Source of the DNA: Diplonema japonicum
Taxonomy: Eukaryota > Protista > Euglenozoa: Diplonemea
Direction: 5' to 3'
Assembly: GCA_964019335.1 (NCBI GenBank)
Contig: OZ025728.1
Location: forward strand, 248,001-312,000
Length of the DNA: 64,000 nt
Shown here: one piece after another, positions 51,687 to 62,316 of the stretch
Numbering within the stretch: position 1 is the stretch's first letter
Layout: every line of letters begins with the position of its first letter
Translations under genes and position numbers: made by a program
The notes under the pieces: model-generated
The model's database searches: none
Seen by the model: the letters and a program-made list of their open reading frames with translations, nothing else
Told to the model about the DNA's origin: nothing

Positions 51687-54486
51687 AAAAAAAAAAAAAA
51701 TCGATAAAGTTTCAGTGTGCATGGGGTGCTCACTGTTCAAGAAGAAATTCACACTAATCGGTCACCGTTCTGCGGTTGCTGTCTGGTGCCTGCGGTGGCT
51801 GTTTGTCGCGATGAGATGGACGGCATCTGGGCGAGGAACATTACATGGAGTCGTGCTAGGTAAGGGGCTGTTTGGCTCGAGGAGAAGAGTGGTCTCCTGT
51901 TGTAGCCGTGTGCCGTCGGGCCCCCAAGATGTCTCAAGGTATGCACCCTCGACTTAGCTTTGGCAGGGAAAGCAGTGCGTCCCCCTTTCTCTGCACTCTT
52001 CTGGACGCGACCCAAGAGATATCGCATTCTATTGGCTTTCTCCGTGAGGAAGTCCTGGTCGTCAAGCGGGCCTATGAGCGACCGGCGGGTGGTCTTGCTC
52101 TTACCTACGTACCATCGCAGGCCTCTTAGCCATTTGAGGACGCTCTTCAAGTGGAACATCAGGATCAAGCCCGACGCTCCATTCGATTTCAGAAACGCCT
52201 CTGTTGGAACATCATGTTGTCTCCCAGTTTTAACCTCATCCCACGGGTTGCAGGTGAGTAGCCTCGCACTCCTCTCCGCCGCCTTGGCGTCACGCTCTGT
52301 CATGACATTCACTAAATACGTCTGGATCATCCTCGCCCGTTTCTTAGCATCCTCATCTGCTCCCCTCGGAATGATTCCATGCAGGCTGTAGCTGCGGGCA
52401 GGCCATCACGCACCACTCCCAGCCCCCTGTACATCGCCGCCTCACGGATTCTTCCTGTGATCGCACACTCCCACAAAGCATGCTCTGTCATCTCTGTCGT
52501 CGACTTGCATCGGTAGTCGCAGACGTCACACGCCAAATCTGGTTTCTCCACCTCTGGACCGTCTAGCTTCTTCCCCCACACAATCGGATGCACAGTAAAC
52601 ACCGCACCACTAATGACCCGTCTCATCCTAAAGGCGATCAGGGGCTTCCTCGCCTGGAGGCTCTTCCACCAACCGTTCGTGGACGGACACGCTCCGGTCT
52701 CCATTCCAGCAAAAGATGTCCTCCTCTTTATCAATTCCTTCGCGATCGCAGGCCTGATCACCTGCCTTACCGTATGTGGCACATTCGCTTCCCCTCGCAA
52801 GGCGACGATAAAGGACCACTCCTTGCCCAGCAGTGGGAGCCATCTCCTCAGCAGACTACCTACCGGACCCACCGTCTTGCAATTGTCGTGGTCTTGATAG
52901 GTCGCTCTCCGCATCCTGAGTCTCGACAGGTAATGTCGGCTCACCGTCCCGTGATGTCACGTGCAGCCGTCTACATTGCTTTCCACGACCCTCGTTGGTG
53001 TCTAGCAACACTTCGGCTACGACACCCTTGAAACAGGGGAGCCGCTCCCACGACACAACAGTCGCGCCCTTTGCGTGCTTTAGCCACATCCCTGCCAGCC
53101 TCTCGTCCCCCCGCGGAACGAGGAACACCGCGCGCTCCGGCTGCGTGTCCGCCCCCATCCACTCCCTAACGTGGACGGGCCACTCTTCTTCAGCGAGGCA
53201 GGCTTGCATCTCCTTGCGCACCTCCCTCGCGTTCTGCTTCCCGTTCTTCCCCTTAGCATCCACGCTGCGCAGGGGGAGCGGCACCTTTATCGGAGGGGTG
53301 TACCTCCCGGCCCGTGGCAGCGTCGCCCCTTCCTCCCTCTTCACGTACACGAAGTGATGTACGTACCCTAGCCACACCGGTTCAAGACCCGGCACCACCT
53401 CGTTCTTCGCCGGTTCGAACCGGCTTAGGGTGAGGGCACCCTCGCGCACTGCAAAGACGTAGATGGGACGTCCCATCTCCCCGGCCAGCGTGCTGACCAC
53501 CAGCCTGTCCGCCCACGTTCCTACCAGAGCCTGAACCTTCTGGTATTCCGCCCACATGGCCGCCTTCTGCTCGTCCTCCGCCATCATGAAGACCGCATAG
53601 TCTTCCACGGCCAGCCTCGCCGTCACCACCTGCCGTAGTGCTTCCGCCCCATCTCTCGCACCGTGCAGGGAGTACGAAACGCATTCGTAGAAACATTCCC
53701 CGCTCGTCCTGGACACGTCCTGCGCCCGCCATCCATCACCCAGCCTACTGCTCAGGTCCTCAACCGCTTCCACCGTTCCTTGCCTGGTGGATTTGCCAGG
53801 CCCCCCTTTTGAGGGGAGGGCCTGCCCGGGAACCGCCGACGAGGAGGCTCCACCACGGCACTTCTTCTTCGGTGGCATCTTCTGTCTTCGCGACTTGATA
53901 TTATAAAACCCGAAACCCAGTGTTCCCTGGTATTCCAAAAAAAAAAAAAAAAAATGAAAAATACCATTTGTTGCTGGGCCACCTCCGCGTGTTCCTTGAT
54001 TTTTTGCAGTTGTGCCTCACCCTCGACAAGCTGTTCCTTGCTCAGCTTGATTCTTTCCTTGACGATAATGCCCCTCTGGCTGTACTTTGCTATCCGTTCT
54101 TGCAGCGTCTTTGTGAGCTCTTTCTGTTCAGAATATTTTTCTGTAAGTCGTTCCATTTCCCTTTCCAACTTCTCGCATTCTTCTTCTCGTGAATTCTCAA
54201 ATCCCTCCATCTCCGACTTGCACACGTCCCTCCTGACTTTGCTTTTTTCGTACATTTTTTGCACGTTTTTCAGCTCCTTTAGTAACTCATCGTCGGCGAC
54301 AACCACCTTTGCCGTTTCTTTAACTGTTTTCACGGACTTCGCTTTCTTTCCCGTCTTTGCATTCATGGCCAATGGGTCCCATGAGTCGTTCTTGCGCTCC
54401 ATCACCATCAGCGCGTAGATTAAGTACATGACCCACCCAGTGTTTGTCAAGAGCACAAGGCCCCAGATGAAGTCACCACCATCCAT
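51060..54486 (-). CDS. N-terminal TM + coiled-coil protein (339 aa); exons 53965-54486, 51514-51654, 51409-51466, 51060-51358
   Basis: Introns 51655-53964 (contains a LINE), 51467-51513 and 51359-51408 give one open frame: AQQQM|EQAKT...RIND|ENEYIKREM...KRH-T-ERH...INNW*. Confidence 0.8.
51359..51408 (-). other. 50-nt GT-AG intron (poly-A)
   Basis: GTATGGCAGG...A(n)-TCCCACCACAG, phase 1. Confidence 0.75.
51467..51513 (-). other. 47-nt GT-AG intron (poly-A up to the AG)
   Basis: GTATGGCTATG...GGG-A(n)-G, phase 0. Confidence 0.75.
51701..53936 (-). mobile_element. Internally deleted non-LTR element with N-terminal OTU-like protease, located inside an intron
   Basis: SGECFYECVS...ALRQ...GTWAD...GRPIYVF...GYVHHF (OTU-like). 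This is followed directly by post-RT sequence (GPVGSLLRRWLP; CDVC...HALWEC; GYNRRPLF) homologous to the 325-2877 element. No RT. Confidence 0.8.
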
Positions 54487-54533
54487 CCTCCCCAGGGTGC
54501 TTCCTTTTTAAAAAAAAATTTTTTTTTTTGGGG

Positions 54534-54568
<35 letters not shown>

Positions 54569-54610
54569 ACTCAAAATTCAAGTTATGTGTCCCGTGGGTC
54601 CCCTTTTTTT

Positions 54611-55378
54611 TTATACAGAATTGCTGATCAGCTTGAAGAAGAAACTCGCGACACCCACCACCGCGAAGAAAACAGTGGATACAACCAACTGCCGGTATAG
54701 GGTCCGCGACCTCTTGAAATACTTCGGTGTAAAGTTCCCGTTGAACTTTCCGATGATGAACAGCGACAAGTAAACGAGGAATGTGTTGATCGCGAAGGCG
54801 ACGCTGGAGGGCCATTGAGGGATCCAAGGGAGGACAGACACGAAGGATCCGAGGGAGAAGTAGAAGAGGGAAGACAAACTGACTTTTATAGGGCTTATTT
54901 TGGGTTTATCCAGATCCAATCCCAACTCCACCTTGGAGTGGAGTCGAAGTGGATCACGTTTACAGTCTTCGTTGATGAGTGAGATGGTGGTATCGCTGAG
55001 GAAGCCCCATTCTGTGAGGAGCTTAGTCATGTGGGCTTCTTCTTCTTCGTAATGAGACATGAGATGTTCCTTCTCTGTGTTGAGTTCCCTGTCGTCGGCC
55101 TCATTCTGAAGGGTGGTTGATGCCCAGTCGTTGCCCGCCTTTGCACACCCCTGCGCGATGCAGCTGATGAAACACAGCAAGAAAACCCAGTTGCTGTTCC
55201 CCCCTGTTATGACCACAACACCGAGCATCGTGCAGTAGTTGCAGATGAGCCCGTCGGTGATCCCAAACACCAGGTCCCTCCACTTCCCTGTGTCGTATAC
55301 TGTGTGTTCATCCTGCCACGGCGACCCGGGCGGCTTGTTCACTTCATCTCCGAATGTGTCATAATGGTGGTGCCCCAT
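54611..55378 (-). CDS. VIT1/CCC1 family vacuolar Fe/Mn transporter
   Basis: WRDLVFGITDGL, acidic ELxxE loop, VELGL, five TM helices. Confidence 0.88.
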   Translation of the reverse strand: MGHHHYDTFGDEVNKPPGSPWQDEHTVYDTGKWRDLVFGITDGLICNYCTMLGVVVITGGNSNWVFLLCFISCIAQGCAKAGNDWASTTLQNEADDRELNTEKEHLMSHYEEEEAHMTKLLTEWGFLSDTTISLINEDCKRDPLRLHSKVELGLDLDKPKISPIKVSLSSLFYFSLGSFVSVLPWIPQWPSSVAFAINTFLVYLSLFIIGKFNGNFTPKYFKRSRTLYRQLVVSTVFFAVVGVASFFFKLISNSV

Positions 55379-55441
55379 TTTTTTTTTTTTTTTTTTTCCC
55401 CACCCTCACCTTTTTTTTTTTTTTTTTTAGTTACTGTAGCG

Positions 55442-55473
<32 letters not shown>

Positions 55474-55525
55474 TTAGGGGGAGAAAAAAAAAATCGGAAG
55501 ATTTTTTTTTTTTTTTTTTTTTTTT

Positions 55526-56932
55526 TTACGAACTCACCTCTGTCGCCCTCCGTCTCAGTCTTTCCTGTACCCGTTCGAAAAGCCTCTTCTCGCACAGGTG
55601 CTCCGTCATGTTCAGTGTTCTTAAGGACGTGTTGCACTGCAGCCCTTCTGAGATGCTCTGCAACGTGACGTCGGGAACGGGCACACGCTCAAGATCAAGA
55701 CTCAGAAGGGCCGTGTTCGCCTTTAAAAAATCAGCCAGCCGTACCGGGTTCGGGCTGGGCGACGACAACGGATGATTAAGCGCCACCCCAGACAGGTTCA
55801 ACACAGCAAGCGTCTGATTGTCCGACAACACGGAAAAAAGAATATGCAGAGCCTCCGGTGAAAGCCCTGTATTATCAGAAATGTCCAAGGATGTCAGTGT
55901 GTGGCACGACTGCACACCGTCGGTTAAAAGCGAGAGGCCTTTATCTGTAATACCGGTGTTGGAAAGTCTCAGGGTAGCCAGCGTTCCTGATGTTTTAAGA
56001 ACGTCTCCAAGACCCCCAACAGCCTTCTGAAGAGGATTGCACGAGAAGCTTATATTTGTTAAATTCAAACTTTTTCCGATAATCTTGAGCATTTCGTCAA
56101 AGCGTGCACCTGGGGTGATACCGTTGTCCTGTAGCTCCAAGCACGTAACACCGTTGCAGATAAATTGCGGGTCAAAGGAAGCTACGACCGTTAGGGCTCC
56201 CTTGTCGCGAAGACCCATACTGTTTAAGATCAAGGATTTTAATGTGGGGCAATTCCTTATAGACGAAGCTAGCTTAGCCACGCCACTGATATCAGTCTCG
56301 CCGAGAAGGTTCCCCGTGAGGTTGAGCTGGGTCACGTTCTGCAGCTCATATGACGATAGCATTTTGAACAGTACCCTCGTTGCTTGTTTCTCTGAGTGCC
56401 GGACGTGGAGTTTTGACACTTCCGTTGTTGCTACCTTCTTCAGCACACCTGTGAAGGCTTCTATATGGAGCGGGTTGCGTATATTAACTAGTCCCGGGGT
56501 CTCGGAGAGTTCCTGTTGTACCATATCGTTGCACCATGAAGCGAGGTCGGAAAGAGAGTGGGATTGCAAGCACCCGTCTGCCGTGCATGTTCCTTCGATG
56601 AACTCGCTGCATAGGACGGTCGGGTCTTCCTGGCTGGTGTTCTGCATGAGTTCCAGTTCTTTTTGTTTGGTGGCGATCACCTTCCCCAGCTCGTCAAGCA
56701 CGCCACCTGGGGTGAACCGGAGGACCATGCCCTCCCTGCTGGATCCGTGTTGTGATAGGATTTTGTCCAGGACCTCGACCTTGGCTCTCAACAGGTCGGA
56801 GAGTGTGGGCTTCGGGCCTAGGACTAAATCGTGGTTCTTCGCCTCCGTGCGTTGTAGGAGCGAGTCGAGCGAAATGGTGCTGACGCCTTCCACGACTTCC
56901 CCCGGCACGTTTTTGAGGCTGTTCACATACAT
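55526..56932 (-). CDS. RNI-like leucine-rich-repeat protein with a CCCH-like finger
   Basis: LxxLxLxxN repeats; CSEFIEGTCTADGCLQSH. Confidence 0.85.
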   Translation of the reverse strand: MYVNSLKNVPGEVVEGVSTISLDSLLQRTEAKNHDLVLGPKPTLSDLLRAKVEVLDKILSQHGSSREGMVLRFTPGGVLDELGKVIATKQKELELMQNTSQEDPTVLCSEFIEGTCTADGCLQSHSLSDLASWCNDMVQQELSETPGLVNIRNPLHIEAFTGVLKKVATTEVSKLHVRHSEKQATRVLFKMLSSYELQNVTQLNLTGNLLGETDISGVAKLASSIRNCPTLKSLILNSMGLRDKGALTVVASFDPQFICNGVTCLELQDNGITPGARFDEMLKIIGKSLNLTNISFSCNPLQKAVGGLGDVLKTSGTLATLRLSNTGITDKGLSLLTDGVQSCHTLTSLDISDNTGLSPEALHILFSVLSDNQTLAVLNLSGVALNHPLSSPSPNPVRLADFLKANTALLSLDLERVPVPDVTLQSISEGLQCNTSLRTLNMTEHLCEKRLFERVQERLRRRATEVSS

Positions 56933-57026
56933 TTCTTTTTTTTTTTTTTTGCCTCCGCCTTTACAAGAAAAAAAATGTACAAAAAAACGAGGGGGGGGGG
57001 GGGGAATTTAAAACGTTGTTCTCTCC

Positions 57027-57971
57027 TTAAAGACCCCATACAGACCGGTGTCCAAGCACAACGGAGTCCACAGCTTGTTGAATTTCTGTCAGCTGCAGTG
57101 GTGTTAAAGGAGGGTCCGCTTCTGTCGGGAGCGGAGGGGGTGCGCCCTGCGCGGAGCTGTTGAACAGCGTCGCGAAGAACGTCAGCGCGTTGATGTACTG
57201 CCCAGCAACGTTGGGGTGTATGTCGATGACCCCACCCCCAAGGATACGGTACAGCATAAGGTTCTTCAGGGAGCCGGTGGTGGGGAGAGGAAGGTCGATC
57301 CCCACTGGCGTCGGGTACTGTTTATCAATCTCACTCCGACAGCCCCCTATCGAACTCACCCCTCTAACAACTTGCCATGCCACGCCACAAGGTGAAACCA
57401 AATCAGCACCTGTTCTAAAGGCAGCAAGGTATCCTCTAACCAGGGAATACCCCATACACGGGAAATCACCCACCATACTTTGGTAGTAAGGAGAATTCTC
57501 ACATGAAGGATCTGTCATTTGCGCCAGCGTTCCTTTGGGAAAGCACGCTGGTACGTCAGAAGAAGGACAGGGAACTGTGTTCCCATCGTGGTAGCCCCAT
57601 GTTAAGTACATCACGATTTTGGCTTGTTTTTTTTGCTGGGAGAATTGTGTAACAGCGGGATCAAGGTAAGCTGCTCTTGCTTTTTGGACCGTTGGCAGTG
57701 CGGAGTAGTCCTGCAGCACAATGTAGTCCCAGTCTTCACGAAGAAGCATCTGTGTTCTGTTGTCGTACTGTGGTAGCTGGTGGAACAGTGTGCAGCCCCC
57801 GATTGTGCTGTTGGCCACTTCCACCTGTTTTCCCAGCCCTTCCGCCACGTGCTTGAACTGATGCGGCAAGTCGTTGACATAAGTGAAGCTGTTCCCTATA
57901 AACAACACCCTCACTGGAGGCGGAGGGGTTGAGATACACATTGCAGCTGCTGTCAATACGAGGTGGAGCAT
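57027..57971 (-). CDS. Secreted SGNH/GDSL-type hydrolase
   Basis: Signal peptide; RVLFIGNSFT, WDYIVLQ, DIHPNVAGQY. Confidence 0.85.
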   Translation of the reverse strand: MLHLVLTAAAMCISTPPPPVRVLFIGNSFTYVNDLPHQFKHVAEGLGKQVEVANSTIGGCTLFHQLPQYDNRTQMLLREDWDYIVLQDYSALPTVQKARAAYLDPAVTQFSQQKKQAKIVMYLTWGYHDGNTVPCPSSDVPACFPKGTLAQMTDPSCENSPYYQSMVGDFPCMGYSLVRGYLAAFRTGADLVSPCGVAWQVVRGVSSIGGCRSEIDKQYPTPVGIDLPLPTTGSLKNLMLYRILGGGVIDIHPNVAGQYINALTFFATLFNSSAQGAPPPLPTEADPPLTPLQLTEIQQAVDSVVLGHRSVWGL

Positions 57972-58384
57972 TTTTTTTTTTTTTTTTTTTTTTTTTGCTT
58001 TTCTTTTTTTCTTGCTTTGTAACAACGTTGTTGTGAATGCAAAAAAAAAAAAAAAAAAAAAGAAAAAAAAAAGAAAAAAAAACCAATTATAAGAAACAAG
58101 GGGGAAGCGGGGGCATAAAAAAAAAAAGGGATAGCAAAAAAAAAAGAGGGGGGCAATAGGACTTTTTTTTGGGGGGGTTTTTTTTTCCCCCCGTAGCATT
58201 TACTTAAGCTCCCCCCCCCCCCCCAACAGTAATAAAGTCAAACAAAAAGGTTCATATTATGACCAATAAGTGGAAAGGGGTGCCAAGGGAGGGGGAGCTT
58301 GGGGACATGTCCCAGATGCATTTTACCAAAAGGGGGAAGGAGGAAAAAAAAAAAAGGGCTATCTTCGTCATTGTCTTGGCTTTA

Positions 58385-58584
58385 NNNNNNNNNNNNNNNN
58401 NNNNNNNNNNNNNNNNNNNNNNNNNNNNNNNNNNNNNNNNNNNNNNNNNNNNNNNNNNNNNNNNNNNNNNNNNNNNNNNNNNNNNNNNNNNNNNNNNNNN
58501 NNNNNNNNNNNNNNNNNNNNNNNNNNNNNNNNNNNNNNNNNNNNNNNNNNNNNNNNNNNNNNNNNNNNNNNNNNNNNNNNNNNN
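58385..58584. other. Assembly gap (200 N)
   Basis: N run. Confidence 1.
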
Positions 58585-58957
58585 CCGATTTATACTCCCC
58601 TTTGGAGTAGTACTCCGCTTCGTTGATGTCCTCCTCCTCCTCGAGGTCCTTGGCAGGTAGGGGCACGACCCCGCCCTGCAGCACGTCGTTTTTCTTGATT
58701 TTCTCCTGTTGCTTGTTCTGCAGCGTTTTCTCTTCGTTCTTCTTCTCCATCTCAGTCCTCAGCTTTTGGGCGAGCTCCTTCCCTCGCTTCTTTTTTTTCT
58801 TCGCCACCTCCGTGCTGTTGGTGGTGCCCGTGGTGTTGGACAGAACCGGCGGGGACACAGGCGGTGCTTTCGCAACCACGTTTACATCTGCGTTGGCCTG
58901 TGCCTGCACGCTTGCTACCCCGAACCATGCCATTGCTACTAATATAACTAGTTTCAT
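58585..58957 (-). CDS. Signal-peptide protein, 3' end lost in the gap
   Basis: MKLVILVAMAWFGVASVQA. Confidence 0.7.
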
Positions 58958-59368
58958 TTTTTTTTTTGTTTCTTCTTCTTTTTTTTTCCCCCTCCTTTCC
59001 TAATTGCACTTTCTTCTCACCCCCCCCCCCCCCCCCCCCCCCAATCCCAATGTTTCGCGCAATAGGAGCAATTCCTCCAGGTTTCCCTTCATCAGAGCGA
59101 TAGTTTTGTGACTGAACTACATGGAACGACATCACGACCAACAATAGGGGACGAACGGCTAATGAAAAGCCCAGAAAGCCAGCAAAGCAGAAGAATCGTT
59201 CTTTCCAGGTAAGAATAAAGAGAAAAAAAAAAAGAAGAAAACATTTAAGGACGGGGGGGGAGGTACTAAGAGAAGGAAAAACAAAAAAAAATTGCAAGCC
59301 TCCCTTGCCGAAAGGGGGTGCAGGAGAGACGGAAAACAAAAAAAACAAAAAACTATTTCTGGCATTAT

Positions 59369-59411
<43 letters not shown>

Positions 59412-59489
59412 CCCAGCAATGTTATAAAAAAAAGGGGGGGGTGGAAAGTGAGTGCAGAAACAACTCCTCTCCCCCCCCCCTGTTCAGTG

Positions 59490-61984
59490 TCAATATCGAA
59501 CACCGTTCCCAGTTACGGTAAGACCCCCCTGACGTGGCTTTCCTCGGGGGTACACATCGGACGCCCGGATAGCAGAGCCTTTAGTTTGCTTGCGGCTGTT
59601 CTGAAGCCCGGAGTTCGATCGCTGGGGGGCACGGACTTTGCTGTTCCTCAGGTTTTCCTTGAAACGATCCCAGTTCGACACACGAGGAGGCTCGTCGTCC
59701 TCCTCTCGAATCTCAAGATCCGGATAAAGCATCGACTTCAACGGCAGCCCAACACCATGTACACTGTCCTCGATAGCGGTGCTCGGCTTGGGAACAATGA
59801 AACTAGTATCGGGCACCTCAGGAAGGAGGGTAAGCGGCTGTGCGGGCCCCCATTTATTGACAACAACTGCCCTTTCGGAAGGCGGAGATGGAGGAGGCAG
59901 AGGTTGCGCGTGAGATGGTGCTTGTGCTCGTACTTGAGATGGTGCTTGTGCTTGCACTTGAGATGGTGCTTGTGCTTGTACTTGAGATGGTGCTTGTGCT
60001 TGCACTTGAGATGGTGCTTGTGCTTGTACTTGAGATGGTGCTTCTCTTTTAACAACCGTGGTGGTGGGTTTTTTGACGACAGTTGCCTCACTTTTTCTGA
60101 CAACAGTTGTTTCGCTGACGACGGCGTTGAAATTGTAGTCCAAATACAAATCGATCTTTACGTCCCCGGGCCTGAAGGTCATGGTGGTCGACCCCAAGGT
60201 GGAAGGTAGTTGCGTCCTCTTTATCATGACGCACTCCTCCCAATCGCGGTTCGTCGTGATCCTGATGCGATCCTCGTCCGAGTCCAAATAGCTGACCTTG
60301 AAAGCAACTTCGTCCAGCTCCGGGTTGTCCTCCAGGTATTGTGAAACCATGGTCTGGTGGAGTTGTTTGAAGTCGATTTTTTGAGGGACGGTGATGACTT
60401 TGATGTCGCCTTGTGGGTAGAATATCTTCACGCGGGTGCGGAGCAGAGTGTTTAAACGCTTCTGAAGATGGTTCCGGTCGGGGGCGTGGTACGCATTGTC
60501 GTCCATCTTCGCCGTCAACTCCGCGAAAAAGTCATCCAACTGCGCCGCCCTCACAAAGTCATCGTCGGGAAGATCCATCAAATCCTTCACCTCACAGCTC
60601 AACGACGCTGCCGTACGCCGCTGCCCGTACTGAATACAGGCCTCTTGGTACCTGAAATGATTTTAAGTTAGAGTAGAGAAGCGAAAAAAACATACACAAC
60701 AGTACACTCCCCTGTCCACATCTTATTGTTGTAGTGGTCAAGGTACATGTCGCATTCGTCAGTGGTGGGCGGGATGACCTTTCCGTTCGTGTCGTATACT
60801 GGTGCTCGTTCGATGTAGAGCCCGGTGGTCATTAGGTATTTGTTCGCCACCACGATCGCTTGAAGAAGGTGTTCTGTTGAAGTCCCGCTTGTTACGTTCA
60901 AATTGCTTACAATCTCGTGGATCTCTTGGGTTTCTTGGAGGTAAACTTCTGCGTGGTGAAGCGTCCCGTCGGTGTCCTTCATGCCCACAGATTCCGCGTT
61001 AGCAATGGCTGTTCGCACGGTGTCGATGTTGCCGGAGCGAAGGGCGGATTTCAAAGAAATTCTGGCCTCCTCGCCCCTTGTTAGTCTGTCTATCGTGGTT
61101 GTTAAGATTTGCGTCATGTCGTGTATCTTCAGCTCCATGACGCCGAGCGATTCCAACTCGTTAAGACACCTGTCGCGGGTTTCTCTTAATTCGACAATGT
61201 CCGTACAGGTCTGAACTGTCTCGTCGATGACAAGCTGGATCTTTGAGATGTTATCCCACGTCTTTGTAACGTCCGCAGCATTGCTTATGATTGTTGCGGT
61301 GAAACCGCTGTCGGTAGGGGGTAGATGGAGGTTTGAGATCCCCTTGCACGTTGACGCGACTATATCCATGTCTTGTTTGACCAAGCCGCAGCACAGTCGT
61401 AATGTGAGCACCCCTAGTTTGTTTTTTTCCGCGCATCGTTTTAAAAGCCTGGCGCTTGCATTGTACAGGTTTTCATCTCCGCAGTCGTTCAGCCCGTGGA
61501 CCACGGCATCTAGCGTTGCCTTGTGTTCGCTTAGCTGGTTTATGTCTTTTGTCAATGAGGGTAGCTTCCTACGGTATCCTGCTGTCACCTCCTTGACCCC
61601 TGCTGCGATGATCTTGTCGGTCGCCATGACAGAGGGGACTAACGTTGAAATAAGTGTTTTAAGAGAAGCAGGCAGACGGCTCTCGTACTTTGTTGCGAGG
61701 AAGCGGTACCGTGCGTCGCGGCCTCCTGCTGTGATGGGGCTGTGTTCGATTTCGGACAGTTGGGTTATGAAGTCCAGAAGTACTATGTTGTCACTGGGGT
61801 GCGGCGAAGCCGGGGAAGAAGAGGAAAAAGAGGAAGAAGAGGCGGGCATCACAACAGGCGGGTCGCCCTCCGTTATGGCCTGCGCCATCTCCATGCTCTC
61901 GCTCAGCTTCCACAGTTCCCACAAGACTGTTTCCGTGCTGTGCTGTGTTCGGTATCCGAGAACCTCTTCGATGTAACTATTCAT
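59490..61984 (-). CDS. 816-aa helical protein with PB1 domain; exons 60696-61984 and 59490-60651
   Basis: The intron joins ECTV-V-YQEACIQ...SLSCEVKD in frame. RVKIFY...FKVSYLDSDEDRIRITTNRDW is a PB1/OPCA pattern. Confidence 0.82.
59912..60043 (-). repeat. 24-bp coding tandem repeat (APSQVQAQ)x5
   Basis: gagatggtgcttgtgcttg(t/c)actt units. Confidence 0.95.
60652..60695 (-). other. 44-nt GT-AG intron derived from a mobile 34-37-bp element
   Basis: GTATG-T6-CGCTTCTCTACTCTAACTTAAAATCATTTCAG; matches the insertion at 3986-4019. Confidence 0.85.
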
Positions 61985-62316
61985 CGTCCCCTCCCCTTCT
62001 CCCCCTCACTGGTGTTTGTTTGTTGACCTCGATTGGCAGTTTTCTAATAAAATAAATAAAAAAAGTAGAAAAGAAAAAAAGAAAGTTAGAGTTTTTAGTC
62101 CTGTTTTTTTCTAATTTTAAGGGGGGGGGGACCCGATTTTCATCTCTCCTCCGGAATCAATACTGCGCATTCTTTTTTTTCTTATTTTTCACTTTCACAG
62201 TAGTTTCCTTTATCCCCCCCCCCCCCGATGGAATCACTAATGCAGGACCAAAAAAAAAGGAGGGGAGCAACTCAATGTGTCATGTTTTCCATTTTCTTTT
62301 CTCACTCTCTAAAAGA

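Noticed and set aside
58590-58608. tttatactcccctt(c)tggag similarity to the LINE end at ~389-408
   Set aside because: Under 20 nt, within an open host frame and next to an assembly gap; probably chance.
59912-60043. CRISPR-like or functional DNA array
   Set aside because: Contiguous in-frame 24-bp coding repeat without spacers, in a eukaryotic context.
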